From the NCBI GenBank assembly GCA_964016885.1, contig OZ024743.1:357988001-358052000 (forward strand): DNA of 64,000 nt, read 5' to 3'. Below, one piece after another: positions 59,875-64,000 of the stretch. Each line of letters opens with the position of its first letter. The first letter of the stretch is position 1. Made by a program: the position numbers and the translations under genes. The notes beneath the pieces are model-generated. The model was not told the DNA's origin. It saw nothing but the letters and a program-made list of their open reading frames with translations, and did not search any database. The DNA comes from Eledone cirrhosa (taxonomy: Eukaryota).

Positions 59875-61971
59875 ATGGCTACCAAAAAGAAATTTCATAC
59901 GTCACTCCCACTCATTCCGTCTTCTTCTTCCTCAATCATCACTACAGCAGAGAGAAGATTGTCTCTCTCCCTCCCTTCTTTAAATGTGTCTCTCTCCCTC
60001 CCTTCTCTTTCGCAAGCGACGAAAGAAAAGAAAAGTCTCGTGCAAAGCGTGCAAGGTTTCTCCACGACGACGACGACAGCGACGAAACAGGTGCGCGGGA
60101 AATACGAAAACCCAGTTCATTCGTCTGACGTCAGGAATAATAGCAGTAGCAGCCGTAATAACAACAGCAACAGTGACAATGAAAACAACAGTAGCAGCCG
60201 CAACAGCATCACCAGCAGCATAAACAACAACAGCATTAGCAGCAGCAACACCAACAACAACCACAGCAACAGCGGCGGAGGCAGTAGTCGTAGTACCTGC
60301 AGCAACAACAAAAGTACCAGCAGCTCTGACGACAACAACAACAGCAGAGAAAAACCAATCTCATTTGCAGGTATTGCGAAAAACCTGGAAACAATCCTCA
60401 TAACAAATGAGGAATTAGAGGAAGCGAAGAAGATGGTGACAAAGAACGGACACCGAGCAATCTGCAAGGCAGCGAAAAATTTTTTCGAAACCCAAGAGCA
60501 CTGTACGGTCACGTACCGTACAGTAAGTACAAAATCCCGTAGGGTGGAAAGAGCCACAGAGGCCCAAATACAAAAAGCCTTGGGGTCTGTGTGGCAGAGG
60601 AAAACGCACATCACCCGAGGCAAAAAATACGCCACCGTAGACGTACTTTTTGCCACACCCCAGGAGGCAAAGGCCCAATCAGTAGTGACCCTAAGGAGCG
60701 AGGAAATGGTGTTGGTGCCCTCCTACTGCGGGCAAAAAATTGTGAGGGTCAAACTGACCCACGTCCCCCCCGGAATGACCCCTTCTTGGCTGGCCGCGTC
60801 TGTCCTCGTCGGAATCGAGGACAAAACAACTGTACTGCAAGTACAGAAAAAAGTAAGAGAAGATTGGGTCGGCTCCTCCATTGAGATGCTAATCCAAACC
60901 AACCAGGAGTGCATCGAAGCTATCCCGGATGTGATAGACTTCGATAACGGCACTCAACTGCCCATAAGTGTTGAGGGCAAACGCCCGAAATGCTTTCGCT
61001 GTGGATCGAAGACTCACCTCAGGGCCTTCTGCAACGAGAAGACCCTGAGAAAGGAGAAAACCCCCCTCCTCCCGAATCCGGTTCCACGGCTACCAGCAAC
61101 AGGACAAGCGGCAACCAGGAACGATAGGTCCGTGGCACCCATACCCACTCCACGGAAATCAAAGACAGCAGCAGCAGTGGAAATATTAACAACAACAACA
61201 GCAATACCAAATGCAGCTGCAACAGAGACTCCAGTGCAAACATCACCAACAACAACAAGTGAAAGAGTGGAGCTGGTACCCCTCCCCGACCTTACAGAAT
61301 CAGACATGGAGTGTGAGGTGGGAGAGGGATGGCAAAAGGTCTCAAGAAGGCACAAACGCAGAAGCAGCGCATCGTCGCCTTTGAAAAGGGAGGAAAGAAA
61401 TGAGAAAAGGGTAAAGTCTACTGCAAAGAGACCCACAGCAGCAACACCACCAACACCATCACCACCCACACCAGCACCACCATCACCACCGGCGACAACC
61501 CCACCGCCAACAACACCTTCAACACCACCACCACAAGCACCAACATCGCAAACACAACAACAAAACACACACACCCAGCAACAACGACAAGAAAATAGCA
61601 GAACCACACCCCACCCCCAGAAAAACAAATGCACGGCAATAAACACACACAACAAGAAACTAATGACTTACATAATTGAACACACAGACATTTCACAACA
61701 GGACTACATAATACCAGCACCAATCAAAACGCCAACTAACATAAGACTGCTAAAAATAGCACAGAAACAATACACAAACATTAAAACGAAATTCCCCAAC
61801 GCAGTTGGTGATTTCAGGGACCTAGGAGGAACCATTAATCGAAGAGTATATTCAGACATTCTCTTAGAAGAGCCGACGACCAGCCGAAGGGACGATTCAA
61901 CGGTCCCTTCACCAGACGATCAAGTGAAAAGGGATGTAAAAACCATCCCTCCTCTACCAAAAATACGGTAA
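59875..61971 (+). CDS. ORF1 (698 aa)
   Basis: Same protein as copy 2 ORF1. Confidence 0.9.
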   Translation: MATKKKFHTSLPLIPSSSSSIITTAERRLSLSLPSLNVSLSLPSLSQATKEKKSLVQSVQGFSTTTTTATKQVRGKYENPVHSSDVRNNSSSSRNNNSNSDNENNSSSRNSITSSINNNSISSSNTNNNHSNSGGGSSRSTCSNNKSTSSSDDNNNSREKPISFAGIAKNLETILITNEELEEAKKMVTKNGHRAICKAAKNFFETQEHCTVTYRTVSTKSRRVERATEAQIQKALGSVWQRKTHITRGKKYATVDVLFATPQEAKAQSVVTLRSEEMVLVPSYCGQKIVRVKLTHVPPGMTPSWLAASVLVGIEDKTTVLQVQKKVREDWVGSSIEMLIQTNQECIEAIPDVIDFDNGTQLPISVEGKRPKCFRCGSKTHLRAFCNEKTLRKEKTPLLPNPVPRLPATGQAATRNDRSVAPIPTPRKSKTAAAVEILTTTTAIPNAAATETPVQTSPTTTSERVELVPLPDLTESDMECEVGEGWQKVSRRHKRRSSASSPLKREERNEKRVKSTAKRPTAATPPTPSPPTPAPPSPPATTPPPTTPSTPPPQAPTSQTQQQNTHTQQQRQENSRTTPHPQKNKCTAINTHNKKLMTYIIEHTDISQQDYIIPAPIKTPTNIRLLKIAQKQYTNIKTKFPNAVGDFRDLGGTINRRVYSDILLEEPTTSRRDDSTVPSPDDQVKRDVKTIPPLPKIR

Positions 61972-62006
61972 GTGGTCTTTCCCATCTTTTCCACTCTATT
62001 TTAAAC

Positions 62007-64000
62007 ATGACCTCACTCAGAATAGGCAGCATAAATGCGCGTGGCTTGGGGTCGTCATGGAAGCAGGGTCACCTGCTCAACGACCTCAGGTCACTAAACA
62101 TAGATGTAGTGGCCATCAGCGAGACCAGAATCTCCGAAGCACGGGCCTTCGCACCGATCTTCGGCGGCTACGATGTGTACGCATCTCCCAGCCGTCCTGG
62201 ATCGGGTGGAGGAGTTGCTGTGCTTTTTCGGAGAGGTTTGGATCTCGCCATACGGGCCATCTTCCTGGACCCAGAGGGTAAGCTGGTGGTGCTGGACGTG
62301 ACCAGCGGAGACGGGCAAGCTTTCAGGCTAGTGGCCGTCTATGCCCCGACAGGAGCAGGGCGGCCTGATTTCTTCCGGCGTCTGGAGACCTTTCTTGGAA
62401 CGTCGCGCTCTTTAGTGTTAGTGGGCGACTGGAACGGGATCTTAGATGCACGCTGGGACTGTGTGGGATTAGCGGATAGGGGTGGAGGGTGCAAGAGCCT
62501 CACCAACCTGCTCAGGCGTTTTGAACTGTCTGACAGGTACCGATTGGATTTCCCGAATGTGCCAATGTGGACTTGGACAAACCGCATAGGGTCATCCAGA
62601 TCATATCTAGATAGAGTATTTTGTAGGGAAATAGATAGGTCTAGCATAGGCTGTCCACAATTCAAGATAGTCAGCTACACGGACCACAAATTCGTGATCT
62701 GTGTGCTTGACTTAGATAGGCTTCATAGACGAGGACCCGGCTACTGGAAGCTAAACGCGTCCTTACCAGCGCGCAAGGCCTACAGAGACCGGATTAGCGA
62801 ACTAGTTAAGCGGGCGTTGACGGGGGCCATCGTCAACAACAAGTGGTGGTTTGCTCTGAAAAGAGCGATTAGAATAGAATCGATTAGGTTTAGTAAGGCT
62901 TTAGCAATAGAGAAAAATAGAGCAGAGGGAGAACTAGTTAGAAAATTAGACGAGGCGCTTAGCAAAGGCATTGCGACCGACGTGCTTGCGGCGAAATTGG
63001 CCCTTGACCAATTCTTCAATGCAAAGCACGAAGGCTGCGTTGTCAGAGCTAGGGTGCGTGCTCTCAGACACGAGGGGACGAAAGCCGTTCAATGGGCCCG
63101 AGTGGCGGAGGCGCGTCGTGGCAACAAAGCCACGATCCGGTCTTTGGTGGACCACGACGGGCGCATGCTACTCGATCCCGGGCAAATGTGTGAAGCTTTT
63201 CAGCGACACTTCGCTCAGCTGTTCGGGGGCAGCGGGGGGCCGGGTAGAGGGATGGACTTTAGTGTCTACCTCGACGGACTGCCGCGGCTCTCGGCCACTG
63301 AGGCGAAGTGTTGCGAAAAGCCGATAACAGCCGCTGAAGTAAGGGAGGCAATGACTGGCTGCACAAGGGGTAAATCGCCTGGTTTGGATGGTCTGCCCTA
63401 TGAACTTTACGTACAGATGCCAGACTTGTTCGGAGGCCTCTTGGCGGACGTCTACTGCAACTGGCAACAGAACGGGAGAATTCCCAGTTCTGTGAGCCGA
63501 GGAGCGGTGGCACTGCTGAGAAAGGATCCGAACAAGGGGGATAACATAGACAATTTCCGGCCCATAACTCTGCTAAACACAGAGTTTAAGATTTTGGCCA
63601 AGGTGCTAGCAAAGAGGTTGGCGCTTGTCGTTGGTGGTCTGGTGGGAGAGGCGCAGACATGCGCCATTCCCGACAGATCCATCCACGACAACCTCCACCT
63701 CATGCGATACATCGTAGAGAGGGTAGCTAGGGAACCTGGCACGGGTGGGTCCTTGATCAATTTAGATCAGTCGAAAGCTTTCGATAGGGTCGACCATCGT
63801 TACCTAGCGGCAGTCCTGAGGGCGGCTGGCTTTGGGCCCGTCTTCAGAGGCTGGATCGCTGCCATGCACAGCGACATCTGCTCTGTGGTGAGAGTGAACG
63901 GTCACCTGTCGGAACCGTTCAACATCATGCGCTCGGTCCGCCAAGGATGTCCCCTCTCGTCCCTCTTGTACGTATTGACTCTCGAGCCATTACTGCACAA
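62007..64000 (+). CDS. ORF2 APE-RT, 3'-partial
   Basis: ATG at 62007; open to the window end through the RT QGCPLS motif. Confidence 0.95.
   Translation, partial: MTSLRIGSINARGLGSSWKQGHLLNDLRSLNIDVVAISETRISEARAFAPIFGGYDVYASPSRPGSGGGVAVLFRRGLDLAIRAIFLDPEGKLVVLDVTSGDGQAFRLVAVYAPTGAGRPDFFRRLETFLGTSRSLVLVGDWNGILDARWDCVGLADRGGGCKSLTNLLRRFELSDRYRLDFPNVPMWTWTNRIGSSRSYLDRVFCREIDRSSIGCPQFKIVSYTDHKFVICVLDLDRLHRRGPGYWKLNASLPARKAYRDRISELVKRALTGAIVNNKWWFALKRAIRIESIRFSKALAIEKNRAEGELVRKLDEALSKGIATDVLAAKLALDQFFNAKHEGCVVRARVRALRHEGTKAVQWARVAEARRGNKATIRSLVDHDGRMLLDPGQMCEAFQRHFAQLFGGSGGPGRGMDFSVYLDGLPRLSATEAKCCEKPITAAEVREAMTGCTRGKSPGLDGLPYELYVQMPDLFGGLLADVYCNWQQNGRIPSSVSRGAVALLRKDPNKGDNIDNFRPITLLNTEFKILAKVLAKRLALVVGGLVGEAQTCAIPDRSIHDNLHLMRYIVERVAREPGTGGSLINLDQSKAFDRVDHRYLAAVLRAAGFGPVFRGWIAAMHSDICSVVRVNGHLSEPFNIMRSVRQGCPLSSLLYVLTLEPLLH

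Larger units (their letters stand above)
1..64000 (+). repeat. Tandem head-to-tail array of ~6.06-kb L1/Tx1-type non-LTR retrotransposons (9 full + 2 partial copies)
   Basis: The same ORF1/ORF2 pair recurs with a period of 6046-6077 bp. ORF2 starts at 1405, 7464, 13519, 19589, 25652, 31703, 37752, 43823, 49886, 55940 and 62007. Junctions are (ATT)n tracts. Confidence 0.99.
59662..64000 (+). mobile_element. Tx1/L1-like non-LTR retrotransposon, copy 11 (3' part outside window)
   Basis: Leader, ORF1 and the 5' part of ORF2. Confidence 0.95.

Noticed and set aside
1-64000. LTR retrotransposon, CRISPR array or prokaryotic RT system
   Set aside because: No LTRs, protease, RNase H or integrase, and no repeat-spacer pattern. 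The APE-RT-CCHC layout with AATAAA is eukaryotic non-LTR.
1-64000. Direct evidence of telomeric location or classical target-site duplications
   Set aside because: No TTAGGG/TTAGG tracts are seen, and any TSD would be indistinguishable within the ATT tract. A telomeric role remains a hypothesis only.

Overview
The whole 64-kb window is a head-to-tail, same-strand (+) tandem array of one eukaryotic non-LTR retrotransposon of the L1/Tx1 group. It holds 9 complete copies of about 6.05-6.08 kb plus 2 partial copies at the edges, all near-identical. Each unit has four parts: (i) a ~210-nt hairpin-rich 5' leader; (ii) ORF1 (~698 aa: low-complexity N-terminus, RRM-like core, CCHC knuckle, Pro/Thr-rich tail); (iii) a 35-nt spacer followed by ORF2 (1139 aa: APE endonuclease, reverse transcriptase, CCHC zinc finger); and (iv) a ~260-nt 3' UTR with AATAAA. 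Copies are joined directly through a variable (ATT)n / (ATT)n-GTT-(ATT)6 tract, with no recognisable host DNA, no 5' truncations and no poly(A). The main points of interest are the pure full-length tandem architecture (possible self-targeting or telomere/centromere-like role), the structured junction tract, and splice-site-like signals overlapping stop codons that could yield ORF1-ORF2 fusion, ORF2-only and ORF1-only mRNAs. A UUCG/GNRA-capped leader and mosaic haplotypes among copies are also notable. Host and chromosomal context cannot be determined from this window.
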